Shown: positions 15,909 through 26,600 of the stretch, piece after piece
Numbering within the stretch: the stretch's first letter is position 1
Layout of the letters: the number at the start of each line of letters is the position of its first letter
IMG/VR virus record: IMGVR_UViG_3300010362_000037
Coordinates: 1-43,766 of that record
DNA: 43,766 nucleotides
From: a virus
Lineage: Duplodnaviria; Caudoviricetes
Reading direction: 5' to 3' (one strand)
Made by a program: the position numbers and the translations under genes
The notes under the pieces: generated by a model
Seen by the model: only the letters and a program-made list of their open reading frames with translations
Told to the model about the DNA's origin: nothing
Database searches by the model: none

Positions 15909-16994
15909 ATGCCACGTACAATCACCCGCACCAGGCGGCGCTCAGATATTGCGAAGCAGCGGGAGGCCGTCGTTGCGGCCCGTCGGCTTCCATCGCACGA
16001 CGGTCTCCCGATGCTTCGGACATCGGAGCGAGCGACGTTCAAGCGGTGCCGCTGGAAATGGTGGCAGGAGTTTGAGGAGGTACTCAAGCCTACGACGCCG
16101 GTTCCACCGCTACGGTTCGGGTCTCTCGTACATCTCGCGCTGGCCGACTACTACAAGCCGGGGATCCGGCGCGGCCCTCATCCCGCCGAGAGCTTCATCC
16201 GCTACTACGATGAGGAGGCCAAAGCTCAAGGTGAGTTTGGTTTCCGGGTTGATGACCTGGAAGCTGATGAGGTGTGGGCGGAAGCTCGCGATCTCGGGTT
16301 TCAAATGCTCACCCACTACGTCGAGCACTACGGCAGGGACGACGAGTGGAAGGTACTCGTTACCGAGCAGCCGTTCAAGCAGATGGTCTACCATCCCGGA
16401 ACGAAGGTTCCATGGTTCTGGTACGTCGGCGTCATAGACCTAATCATCCAGAACCGGCGAACGGAAAAGATCCAGATGGTAGACCACAAGACGGCGAAGG
16501 CGATCAACGTGATGTACCTCTCGCTCGACCCGCAGGCGACGAGCTACTACACCTGGGGACTTGACTGGATCTACGAGCGCGGCCTACTCAAGCCAAACCA
16601 GAAACCAGCGGGGATCCTATTCAATCATTTGCGCAAGGCATTTCCGGATCCACGGCCGAAGGATGAGGGCGGCTTTGCGCTGAATAAAGATGGCGCGGTA
16701 AGCAAGAAACAACCGGCACCCTACTTCGTCCGCACTCCGATCTTCCGTGACTTCTACGAGCGGGAAGCTATGAGGTCGCAGGTACTTGAAGAGTTCAAGG
16801 ACATAGAGGAGGTTCGCGCCTCGCCGGAAAAGGCGTACAAGAACCAGGGCCAGTTTACCTGTCCAGGCTGCTGGTGCTTCGACTTCTGCGAGCTACACGA
16901 GATCGGAGTAGACTGGGTTGACATGCGAACCATGGTGAGCAAGAAGTGGGATCCGTACGAACAACATGAAGTATACACCGACGAAACGAGATAG
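15909..16994 (+). CDS. PD-(D/E)XK (Cas4/RecB-like) exonuclease
   Basis: FKRCRWKW, FGSLVHLAL, GVIDL...VDHKT, C-terminal CPGCWCFDFC. Confidence 0.88.
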   Translation: MPRTITRTRRRSDIAKQREAVVAARRLPSHDGLPMLRTSERATFKRCRWKWWQEFEEVLKPTTPVPPLRFGSLVHLALADYYKPGIRRGPHPAESFIRYYDEEAKAQGEFGFRVDDLEADEVWAEARDLGFQMLTHYVEHYGRDDEWKVLVTEQPFKQMVYHPGTKVPWFWYVGVIDLIIQNRRTEKIQMVDHKTAKAINVMYLSLDPQATSYYTWGLDWIYERGLLKPNQKPAGILFNHLRKAFPDPRPKDEGGFALNKDGAVSKKQPAPYFVRTPIFRDFYEREAMRSQVLEEFKDIEEVRASPEKAYKNQGQFTCPGCWCFDFCELHEIGVDWVDMRTMVSKKWDPYEQHEVYTDETR

Positions 16995-16997
16995 GTG

Positions 16998-17822
16998 ATG
17001 CCCAATATACAACCTGTAGGAGCCTCATCGAAGATCAGTATGCTTATCCATGCTGACATCGGCTGGGGCAAGACGACGTTCATAGGAACGGGAGGGAAGA
17101 GTGCAAAGATCCTCGTTATGCGACCTCCTATCGACCATGCAGACCCGATCATCGGATCTGGAGTTCAGGAGATGGTCGTGCGCTCGTGGGAGGAAATCTT
17201 CGAGGGACTTGAGTACATCCAGCACGAAGGAGACAAGTGGGACTGGTTCTGGCTCGACTCAATCTCGCTCCTCCAAGACGTAGGACTCGATGACGTCTAC
17301 GAGAACGTGCTGGATCGCAAAGGCCCGGTCGGATCTCTCGCACGCAAGGATCGCGAGCAGTACGGCCCGGATCGCGGCGAATACCGGGTCAACATGTGGC
17401 GGCTCGGGCAATGGGTACGCCATACGGTAGGCGCGGGAACCGTCAACCTCGGCATTACGGCTCACTCGTTCTGGTGGGAGCCGAACGACAACGGAGTAAC
17501 CCCGTCATGTATCTGGCCCTGGATCCAAGGGAAGATGATGCCCCAGAAGATCTGCGGTATGATGAACATCGTCGGGTATGGAGCTATCGAGACCCGCGAG
17601 CACCGAGGAAAGAAACGCACAGTCAGGGTGCTCCATACCAACGCGACCGAGAACTACTACGCCAAGTGTCAGGTGAAGTTGCCTGACGGCGGAACGGTCT
17701 TCGGTAGCGGAGACATCATCAATCCGACGCTACCCTCTATGATCTCCGCGATCAACGAGGGTCGCCCGGGCGGAGAGGTTGTGCCAATCAGACGACGACG
17801 TAGAGTAGGAGGGAGACAGTAG
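16998..17822 (+). CDS. AAA_24 / Sak4-like ATPase
   Basis: Walker A ADIGWGKTT, WLDSIS, ITAH; between the exonuclease and SSB-like gene. Confidence 0.82.
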   Translation: MPNIQPVGASSKISMLIHADIGWGKTTFIGTGGKSAKILVMRPPIDHADPIIGSGVQEMVVRSWEEIFEGLEYIQHEGDKWDWFWLDSISLLQDVGLDDVYENVLDRKGPVGSLARKDREQYGPDRGEYRVNMWRLGQWVRHTVGAGTVNLGITAHSFWWEPNDNGVTPSCIWPWIQGKMMPQKICGMMNIVGYGAIETREHRGKKRTVRVLHTNATENYYAKCQVKLPDGGTVFGSGDIINPTLPSMISAINEGRPGGEVVPIRRRRRVGGRQ

Positions 17823-18820
17823 TGGCAGTCATCAAGTACGACGTGTCGAACGTCGAGTCAAGCGGAGGCGGCGAGCAGCCGCAGCCGGGACTCTATGCTG
17901 GCAGTATTGCCGCCATGACGCCTCGCACTCAGAAGGCCGACGGTAGCAACGTCCGTGATCTCGAGGTTGTCGTGGACGTGGGATCGGAGTACGCCCGCCT
18001 CTGGACGTATGTCAAGACGCCGGACGACCCGAACTACAACGAGGCGGCTCACGGATGGAAGTTCCGCGAGCTGACCGATTCTCTGAAGTTGCCGGCCAAG
18101 GGCCAGTTCGATACGGCCAAACAGGTCGGCAAGAAGGTCAACGTCAAGGTCGTCGCGGACACGAACCTTGAAGGCGAGTACCGGGGGCGCGTCCGCAACC
18201 TGTTCGCGCCCGGCAAGATCGAAGAGGATGGCGAAGATCTGCCCGAGGGAGGCGGCGACGACGAGCCGCTCACGCGCGACGAGCTGGAGGCCTGGTCAAA
18301 CGACGACCTCAAGGAGGAGCTTGAAGCTCGCGGACTCACCCTCACCGGCCGTTTCTCCCAAGGCAAGGCCATCGACGCGATCATGGAGGATCAAGACTCG
18401 GGCGAGGAGGAGGCGGGCGAAGCAGGAGAGAATGGGTCGGGTACTCTCGACCCGGAACTCATGAAGGATCTGCGCAACGACGCCGACTTCTACGCCGAGT
18501 GGGAAGACGACGACATCAAGGCGTACGCGGAAGACCTCGGCATCCTCGGGAACATCGCCGGTCGCAAGACCCGTTCGAAGTACATCGATGCCATCGTCGC
18601 TCTCGCAGAGGCTGCCGAGTCGTGGCAGGATGGCGCAGGCGACGGATCCGGCGAAGGCGAGGAGACCGACGACTACGAGGATTGGGAGCTTCAGGAACTG
18701 AAGGATGAGGTTGCCACTCGGAACGAACAAGATGCCGATATCAAGATCGGCGGGAGGCAGACGAAAGAGAAGTTGGTTGCCGCACTTCGGGCAGACGACA
18801 AAGCCGCCAACCCGTTCTAG
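17822..18820 (+). CDS. ssDNA-binding-like protein with acidic C-terminal helical repeats
   Basis: N-terminal QPGLYAG...GKKVNVKV beta domain; acidic tail ending NPF; synteny. Confidence 0.65.
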   Translation: MAVIKYDVSNVESSGGGEQPQPGLYAGSIAAMTPRTQKADGSNVRDLEVVVDVGSEYARLWTYVKTPDDPNYNEAAHGWKFRELTDSLKLPAKGQFDTAKQVGKKVNVKVVADTNLEGEYRGRVRNLFAPGKIEEDGEDLPEGGGDDEPLTRDELEAWSNDDLKEELEARGLTLTGRFSQGKAIDAIMEDQDSGEEEAGEAGENGSGTLDPELMKDLRNDADFYAEWEDDDIKAYAEDLGILGNIAGRKTRSKYIDAIVALAEAAESWQDGAGDGSGEGEETDDYEDWELQELKDEVATRNEQDADIKIGGRQTKEKLVAALRADDKAANPF

Positions 18821-18838
18821 CCTCACTCCCGTCAGGTC

Positions 18839-21586
18839 ATGGCTATTTCGGCGCGGCATATCCGCCTGCTCCAACCATACCTCATCGGTAGGGCGAAGAG
18901 CAACGGGGAGTGGGATATGTACTGTCCGCTTCATACGGACGATAACCGTTCCGCATCCCTGAATACACTGACCGGCGAATGGTTTTGCTTCGCTGGCTGC
19001 GGCGGCGGTCGCGTAACCGACCTGATCATGCAGAAGAACCTCTGGGTTGATCCGGGGAGAGCCAGCTTCAACGGCTCTCCTCGGCGCGGCAAGAGCGGTG
19101 AGGTGGTCACGGAGGCATCGATCAACGACTGGGCCCAGGCTCTACTTGACGACGAGACCGTCTGTGACTACCTCATCGGCCGGGGGATTCATACGAAGAC
19201 GATGCAGGAGTTTCAGATCGGATACGACCGACTCAAGAATGCTTACACCATCCCGATCCGCGGGCCAAAGAACGAGCTATGGAACGTCCGGCGCTACACG
19301 CGTCGCCCCGACGCCCGTACCAAGATATGGAGCGTCGAAGGTATGCGGGTGACGGAGATATTTCCGATCAAGATGCTCGACGCCGACCGGATCATCATCT
19401 GCGAGGGTGAATGGGATACGCTCTTGACGATCCAGCACGGCTACGCGGCGGTCACCCGAACGAGCGGAGCGAAGACTTGGTACCCGCGCTGGAATCATCT
19501 CTTCAAGGGCAAGCTCGTCTTCGTCGCCCAGGACAGAGATGCCGAGGGCGCGACAGGCGCTCGCAAGATCGCCCGCAGCCTCGGTAGACTCGCGGACGTT
19601 CGAATCGTTGACCTGCCGTACGAGATGGAGTCGAAGCACGGCAAGGATCTGACCGACTACTGGTTGGAGCACGACAACTCAGATTTCGAAAGCCTGCTCT
19701 CCGAGGCATCCCCGCTCAAGAAGGCAAGCGGCGATCCGGGGATCATCACGGTGCTAGAGTCTTTCGACGCGCACCGGATCGGAGACCCGGTCAAGCTCCA
19801 GGTAACGATCAAAGGCAAGAAGGAACCGGGCTACTCGATACCGTTGAAGGCGAAGCTCCATTGTACTCAAGATGCCGGCCCCAAATGTAAGATCTGCCCG
19901 ATGATCGCGGCCAACGGCGAGGCCGAGCTAGAGATCCCGCCGACCAGCCCCAAGATACTCGGGATGCTCGATAGCTCGCAGCAACAGATACACGAGATGT
20001 TGCGGCTAGAGTACGGCGCGCAGAAATGCGGCAAGCTCGAGATTGAGATAGAGGATCACCAGGCGGTCGAGCAGTTGTTCGCTCGCCCGTCTATCGACCA
20101 CTCCGACGGAACGCAGGCGAAGGATTACAAGAACATCAAGATCACTTCGGTAGGACGACACGACACAATGAGCAATACTACGGTCGTAGTGACGGGAGCA
20201 CGTTACCCGTCTCCCCGGGATCAGAGTAACGAGTTTCTGGCTTGGGAGGTACAGCAGCAGCAGACGAGCGTGGATCACTTTGACCTAACACCGGCGGCGA
20301 AGAAGCTCATGAAGCGGTTCCAAACAAGAGGGCGGCAACGGCCACTTCGAAAGCTCAGCGAGATCGAACGCGAGATGGCAAGCCACGTGACTCGGATCAT
20401 CGGACGCCCCGAGATGCACGCAGTCATGGATCTAACGTTCCACTCGCCTCTTTCGTTCAAGTTCGGAGGTCAGCTTGTCCACAGAGGATGGATCGAGTCT
20501 CTCATTGTTGGAGACACACGTACAGGAAAATCTGAAGCTGCTGAACGACTTGTTCGGCACTACGGCGCGGGAGAAATCGTCGGAGGCGAAGCTGCGACAG
20601 TTGCTGGCTTGGTGGGAGGCGTCCAACAGATTTCTGGTCGAGATTGGGCCGTCACTTGGGGTGTCATACCACTTAACGACCGACGACTGGTTGTCATCGA
20701 TGAGCTATCAGGCCTCCACCCTGAGGAGATTGCGAAGATGTCCGACGTGCGGGCGTCGGGGATGGCCCGTCTTACCAAGATTCAGCAGGAGGTAACGTTT
20801 GCCCGAACAAGACTACTCTGGCTCGGCAACCCGCGCTCGGGCGGCATGGATCAGTACACCTATGGGGTGGACGCGCTGCGACCCCTCATTGGTAACCCTG
20901 AGGACATTGCCCGCTTCGACCTGGCCATGGCACTATCCAAGTACGACGTTCCTCCAGGAGAGTTCAATAAGCGTCTTTCGGTCGGGGAACTCAAGTACAC
21001 AAGCGAGGCGTGTCATACTCTATTGATGTGGGTATGGACGCGGCAGCCGGATCAGGTAGTCTGGGCGCGAGGAGCGGAGGATGCGGTCTATAAGACAGCG
21101 ATGGATCTGGGCGGTCGCTACGTGGAGGATCCGCCGCTTGTCCAGGCAGCTAACGCTCGTATCAAGATCGCCCGCATGGCCGCTGCTCTCGCGGCAAGAA
21201 CGTTTTCATGTGACGACTCTGGTGAACGCATTGTCATCTCGAAAGAACACGTTCAGGATGCGGCGAAGTTCATGGACATCGTCTACGAGATGCCAACGCT
21301 TGGATACGCAGAGCGATCAAGAGAACGGATCCTAGACGCGGAGGAAGCAAAAGAGCACCGCGACGAGATCCGCAACTTTCTCCTGACGCGGCGCGGTCTC
21401 GCCAAGCTGCTGCGTAACTCGGGTCGCTTCCGTCGCCAGGACATCGAAGAGGTACTAGGTGTAGACCGGGCGGACGCGAACGCGGTCATCAACAAGCTCT
21501 ACGGAGCGAGGATGATCCGCAAAGACGGGCCGGACAACGTCGTGGAGCCGACGCTCCACGGCCTACTGAGGGAGGTCAGATGGTAG
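18839..21586 (+). CDS. DnaG-type primase (CHC2 Zn + TOPRIM) fused to MCM-like AAA+ helicase
   Basis: CPLHTD..WFCFAGC; ICEGEWD and DRD; VGDTRTGKS, VIDE, GNP, RFDL. Confidence 0.88.
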   Translation: MAISARHIRLLQPYLIGRAKSNGEWDMYCPLHTDDNRSASLNTLTGEWFCFAGCGGGRVTDLIMQKNLWVDPGRASFNGSPRRGKSGEVVTEASINDWAQALLDDETVCDYLIGRGIHTKTMQEFQIGYDRLKNAYTIPIRGPKNELWNVRRYTRRPDARTKIWSVEGMRVTEIFPIKMLDADRIIICEGEWDTLLTIQHGYAAVTRTSGAKTWYPRWNHLFKGKLVFVAQDRDAEGATGARKIARSLGRLADVRIVDLPYEMESKHGKDLTDYWLEHDNSDFESLLSEASPLKKASGDPGIITVLESFDAHRIGDPVKLQVTIKGKKEPGYSIPLKAKLHCTQDAGPKCKICPMIAANGEAELEIPPTSPKILGMLDSSQQQIHEMLRLEYGAQKCGKLEIEIEDHQAVEQLFARPSIDHSDGTQAKDYKNIKITSVGRHDTMSNTTVVVTGARYPSPRDQSNEFLAWEVQQQQTSVDHFDLTPAAKKLMKRFQTRGRQRPLRKLSEIEREMASHVTRIIGRPEMHAVMDLTFHSPLSFKFGGQLVHRGWIESLIVGDTRTGKSEAAERLVRHYGAGEIVGGEAATVAGLVGGVQQISGRDWAVTWGVIPLNDRRLVVIDELSGLHPEEIAKMSDVRASGMARLTKIQQEVTFARTRLLWLGNPRSGGMDQYTYGVDALRPLIGNPEDIARFDLAMALSKYDVPPGEFNKRLSVGELKYTSEACHTLLMWVWTRQPDQVVWARGAEDAVYKTAMDLGGRYVEDPPLVQAANARIKIARMAAALAARTFSCDDSGERIVISKEHVQDAAKFMDIVYEMPTLGYAERSRERILDAEEAKEHRDEIRNFLLTRRGLAKLLRNSGRFRRQDIEEVLGVDRADANAVINKLYGARMIRKDGPDNVVEPTLHGLLREVRW

Positions 21587-21888
21587 AGGATGAAGACTAC
21601 TCACCGGCGGTACGTCCACCGGGCGAGGTACCGGGCGGCGACAGAGTGCGCTTCGAGCGCGAGGGAGAGCACGAGCAATCCCTATTCGGAGGAGGAGCCC
21701 AAGACATCGAACAGTCCATCCTACGCTCGACCGAGCGGAACGTTCAGCTCATCGGTCGGCGTATCATGGGGATGGGCGACATCATAGGTGCGATGGGAAG
21801 CGGAAGCATGCAGGAGCTAACATTCGTGCTCGACAACGGTAAGGTCATCAAGATAACGGGAATCGGGCTTCACGTGGAGATCGAGTGA
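21580..21888 (+). CDS. Hypothetical protein
   Basis: SD GGAGG; overlaps neighbours. Confidence 0.7.
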   Translation: MVEDEDYSPAVRPPGEVPGGDRVRFEREGEHEQSLFGGGAQDIEQSILRSTERNVQLIGRRIMGMGDIIGAMGSGSMQELTFVLDNGKVIKITGIGLHVEIE

Positions 21889-22670
21889 AGGTGGCTATCT
21901 TGGGTTGTGGGCCTGCTGGTCTCATCGCCGCGCATGCGGCGGTCGAGTCGGGTCACGACGTGTCGATCTTCTCGCTCAAGAGTAAAAGCAGGACGTTCGG
22001 CGCGCAGTATCTCCACGAGCCGATCTATGGGGTCAGTCCGGAGACTCCAGAGATGGAGATCCACGTAGTGAAGCTCGGCACGAAGGAAGGCTACGCGCTC
22101 AACGTCTACGGCAGCCGGGACGCGGACGTCAGCTGGGACAAGTTCGAAGACGGCCCAACTCCCGGCTGGGATCTGGCGGCGGCCTACGACAAGCTCTGGG
22201 CGCTCTACGAGGGACTCGTTATCCACAAGCCTCTAACTATGCCGGTGATCCGCAGCATCGAGATCCTTCACGATGTTGTCTTCTCAACCATACCGGCGAA
22301 GATACTCTGCGAGGTTTGGGAACACGAGTTCGTGGCGCAGCCGATCTGGGTACTGCACGGCCCGACCTCGGAGCCGCAGCAATGGAACGTCATGTACTAC
22401 AACGGGCTGCCGCTCAATGGGTTCGGCAGTTGGTATCGCTACTCCGTCATTCGAGGGTACCAGTCCTGGGAATACTCACCGAAGCAGGTACCGCGCTACC
22501 TCGAAGGTACGCCGGTCATGAAGGGGCTGCAGATCATCGATGGGCTCAAGCCGCTCTATACGGATTGCGATTGCCGACCGAACATCATACGTCTCGGTCG
22601 GTTCGGTAAGTGGAACAAGCATGCGTTTACACATCACTCCTGGAATGAGGTCATTCGTGCTCTGCAGTAA
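21885..22670 (+). CDS. FAD/NAD-dependent oxidoreductase (Rossmann fold)
   Basis: KVAILGCGPAGLIAAHA; C-terminal LGRFGKW. Confidence 0.85.
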   Translation: MKVAILGCGPAGLIAAHAAVESGHDVSIFSLKSKSRTFGAQYLHEPIYGVSPETPEMEIHVVKLGTKEGYALNVYGSRDADVSWDKFEDGPTPGWDLAAAYDKLWALYEGLVIHKPLTMPVIRSIEILHDVVFSTIPAKILCEVWEHEFVAQPIWVLHGPTSEPQQWNVMYYNGLPLNGFGSWYRYSVIRGYQSWEYSPKQVPRYLEGTPVMKGLQIIDGLKPLYTDCDCRPNIIRLGRFGKWNKHAFTHHSWNEVIRALQ

Positions 22671-23307
22671 ATGCTCCGCTCGGATAGTGCCGGTCGTCGC
22701 CGTAGACATCGACGGTACGCTCGGGAACTATCACAAGCACTTTGTAGACTTTGCGTTGGAATACTTCCGACCTCCACACCGGGTCGCGACGATGTACGCA
22801 GGCGAGGAGAGCTTCAAACAATGGTGGTTACGAGAGTTTCGACTAGGCGAAAAGGATTGGCATGATGTCAAGCTCGCGTACCGCCAGGGCGGAATGAAGC
22901 GTACCATGCCGATCTTCCCGCACGCAAGAGTGATGATGAACCGCATTTGGGCGCTCGACATCGAGATCTGGGTCACGACGACGCGGCCCTACCTCTCGCT
23001 CGACAACATCGTACCGGATACAGTCGAGTGGCTCAATCGCAACGCGATTCCGTACGAAGGCATATTGTTCGATGAAGACAAGTACCAGCAGCTAGTCGAG
23101 CGCGTTGATCCGGATCGGATTGTCGCCGTCCTGGACGACCTACCCGAGATGTGTCTGGCGGCTGATGAAGTCATCGGTCATCACGTTTCGATTATGGCCG
23201 CTACTGCGTACAACCGAGATGTACCGTGGCCTACCAAACTCGAGTTGAAGGAGGCCGACCGTGAAATCAACCGAAGAATCCGCGCCTGGTGGAAGCAGCA
23301 TGTATGA
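22657..23307 (+). CDS. HAD-superfamily phosphatase (5'-nucleotidase-like)
   Basis: VAVDIDGT, VTTTRP, VLDD; GTG start after GAGG. Confidence 0.85.
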   Translation: MLCSKCSARIVPVVAVDIDGTLGNYHKHFVDFALEYFRPPHRVATMYAGEESFKQWWLREFRLGEKDWHDVKLAYRQGGMKRTMPIFPHARVMMNRIWALDIEIWVTTTRPYLSLDNIVPDTVEWLNRNAIPYEGILFDEDKYQQLVERVDPDRIVAVLDDLPEMCLAADEVIGHHVSIMAATAYNRDVPWPTKLELKEADREINRRIRAWWKQHV

Positions 23308-23605
23308 GGAGTTTGAGCGCGAGCACTTCCGCGTGCTCCAACGAGCACACGCCATCTTCGTGGAGAAGTCAGCTGTCAGGGGTCAGCTATGGCTTGAGTT
23401 CCCGCCATCAGACAAGATCCGCGAGTTAGCGGAACGTACTTTGCGGCTCCAGGAGGGATATAAGCTACGCGAACATCTCCGTACGAACAACGCCATCGAC
23501 CAGCACATCGCAGACATTGAAGGGATATTAGTTGAAGACGCGCTCGACGCCATCAACTACGCGGCCTTCCTTATCAAGCAGATCGAACGGGGGATGAGAG
23601 GATGA
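23300..23605 (+). CDS. Nucleotide-modification-associated domain (Nmad1/DUF1599-like, MazG-like helical)
   Basis: IFVEKSAVRG..W and EDALDAINYAAF. Confidence 0.65.
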   Translation: MYEEFEREHFRVLQRAHAIFVEKSAVRGQLWLEFPPSDKIRELAERTLRLQEGYKLREHLRTNNAIDQHIADIEGILVEDALDAINYAAFLIKQIERGMRG

Positions 23606-26600
23606 TCCAGCGGGGCGAGAGCCCAGGCAAGGCGAAGCTCGGATTCAGCGGGCGCATCCAGCGCGGCGAATCGCCCGACCACGCAAAGCTCGACGCTCAT
23701 GGGAGGCTGATCCACGAACATGACAAAACCCCCGCGCTTGTACTTAAGGAGCGAAAGACTCGGAACAATCCTCGTCTTACAAGGCCGCTACGGTTTGTAT
23801 CTCTCCACCACCACTCCACCTATTCCTTTCTTGATGGCTTCGCCCTCCCGAAAGCGCACGTCCGGCGAATCACCGAACTCAACGGATCAGCCCTCGCGCT
23901 AACCGAACACGGCAGCGTGATGAGTCACGCGAAGTTCGAACAGGCTGCGAAGGAAGAGAGTATCAAGCCGATCTTCGGCATAGAGCTTTACACCGGCGAG
24001 ATCGACCAGGAGCGGAGAGCGCAGCTCAAGAACCACCTGACGATCCTCGCGAAGAACCAAGAAGGGTACCGGAACATCCTGCAACTCGTTACTCGCTCGT
24101 ACAAGGAGGGCTTCTACTATGAGCCTACCGTCAGTGGAAAGATGCTCACGGAACATCGGGCCGGTCTCGTTGTCCTATCTGGATGCACGGGATCTCTGCT
24201 CTATACATCGCTCATGGGCGGTAAAGGTATCGAACCGGAGTCTGCGAGTTACCGTCGCGCGCTTGGAGTGGCACAAAGGTTCCGTCGAGCATTTGGCGAT
24301 GCTTATTTCATCGAAGTACAGGCTTTCCCTGAGCTTGAGGGGACTCGTCAAGCTAACCCTCAACTCGCAAGAATCGCACAAGAGCTTAGCATCCCTCTCG
24401 TTGCGACTCTAGATTGCCACTACACGATGCCGACCGAAAAGGAGCTACAGAAGGTTCTTCATGCGCTCCGGTCGGGAGGAAGGTCTACCCCGGAAGACTT
24501 GGCGAAATCCTGGGGCTACAGCGCCGAGCTTTGCCCGCCGGCAACCGACCTCTCGATACTCAATAAACTCATCGCGACCGGCCTTACTAGGCAGGAAGCG
24601 ATCAACGCGATCCTCATGACCGAAGAGATTGCAGCCGATTGTACCGTCGAGTTGCCGCGCCTACCAATGGTGCGATACGAGGATCCGCAGGGGACGGATT
24701 CAAAGGAGGTCTTCCGTGAATGGATCAGAGAGGGCTGGCATGAACGCGGAGTCGAACGTCTATCGCTTGCCGAGCGCCGTCACTACGGCCGCAGGCTCCG
24801 ATACGAGATGGGAATCATTGAAGAAAAAGACTTCGTTGATTACTTCCTCATTGTCGCTGATGCGGTCAAGTTCGCCAAGTATAACGATATTGGAGTTGGC
24901 CCAGCACGAGGCAGCGCGGCTGCGAGTCTGGTCTGTTGGCTGCTACGCATTACGGAAGTCAACCCCATGCTCTTCCCGCATCTCGTTTTTGAGAGATTCA
25001 TCGATATCACCCGGCTCGACCTCCCAGACATTGACCTTGATTTTGAATCTACCCGGCGGGGCGAGATCGTTGATTATCTGGTGGTGGAGTACGGACGAGA
25101 GTGCGTAAGTCAGATCGGCACCTTCATGACGTTCAAGTCGAAGTCGGCGCTCGACGACGTTGCGAAGGTTCACCGGATCCCGAAGTACGAGGTAGACAAG
25201 ATCAAGGATGTCCTGCTGGAACGGTCGTCGGGAGACCTGCGGGCGAGCGCGACGATTGAGGATACCATCGAACAGTTCGAGCAGGCGGCGGCCGTCGTCA
25301 AGGAGCATCCGAAGATCATGGATGCGACGAAGCTAGAGGGCAACGTCAAGACGTTCGGTACGCACGCAGCCGGGGTCGCGATCTCAAACCGCCCCATCAC
25401 CGAGATCACCGCGATCCTAGAGCGCGAGGTCAAGAAGAAAAAGGTTCAGGTCGTCGCCATCGACAAGTACGATGCTGAGTACCTCGGCGTACTCAAGATT
25501 GACCTGCTTGGGCTATCTGCGCTCGACGCGCTCGTCAATATGTGTCGAGACCTGAGCAAGCCAGTCTCGTTCCTCTACGACATCCCAATTGAGGACGAGA
25601 AAACCATCGAGGGATTCAGGAGGAATGACGTTGTCGGGATCTTTCAGTTTGAAGGCCGAGCTTGTCGAATGGTTAATGGATCAATCCGGCCAGATAACTT
25701 CAACGAAGTCTGCCATGTTACGGCTCTCGCCCGACCAGGCCCGCTCCATAATGGAGCAGTTGCAGACTATGTGGACATTAAGCGAGGAGAGAAACAGCCT
25801 CATCTACGTCACCCTGCACTTGAGCATATCACTGGATTCACTCAGTTCCAAATCGTCTACCAAGAACAAATCCTTCAGATTGTCCGAGAGATCGGAAACT
25901 TCGACTGGACTCACGCTGCCTATATCCGCAAGATCATTAGTCGAAAGCTCGGAGATCAAGAGTTCAACCGTCAATGGGAACGGTTCTGGGAGGGCGCGGC
26001 GACGATCCATGAACGGACGAGCTACCCGCCTATAGATCATGAGATGGCCCGGTCGATCTGGGGTGACCTGACGACCAGCGGCTCCTATGCGTTCAACGCA
26101 GCCCACTCCGTAAGCTACGGCTACATCGCATGGTGGACAATGTGGTTCAAGCAGCACCACCCCGACGTGTTCTACAAAGCGATGCTCCATCGCGCCGACA
26201 AGAAGACGGCGCAGGGCGGCGGTGCGGGCGGTAGCGCGAACGCTAAAGCTACGGTAACATCCAAGGCGAAACTCGACGGACAGGTGATTATGCTGCGTGA
26301 CGCGATCCAGCACGGATTCCGGATCATGCCGTACGACCTCCGACGCTCTGGCATGACTTGGCAACGCGAGGGCCGTCGTAGGCTTCGGCCTGGATTCGAT
26401 CAGATCGCCGGAGTCGGTGAGTCGATGGCGCAGAGGATCATCGACTGGCGCGAAGAAAAGTTGAAAGAACCGCTCGGTTGGCGCGGCATCGGCTGGTCGT
26501 CGCTGATTGAAGTCAAAGGCATCGGCCCGAAGACCATAGACAAGCTCGTCGCCTATGCGACCTCTGAGGATCCATTCGGGATCACGAAGCTCGACAAGAT

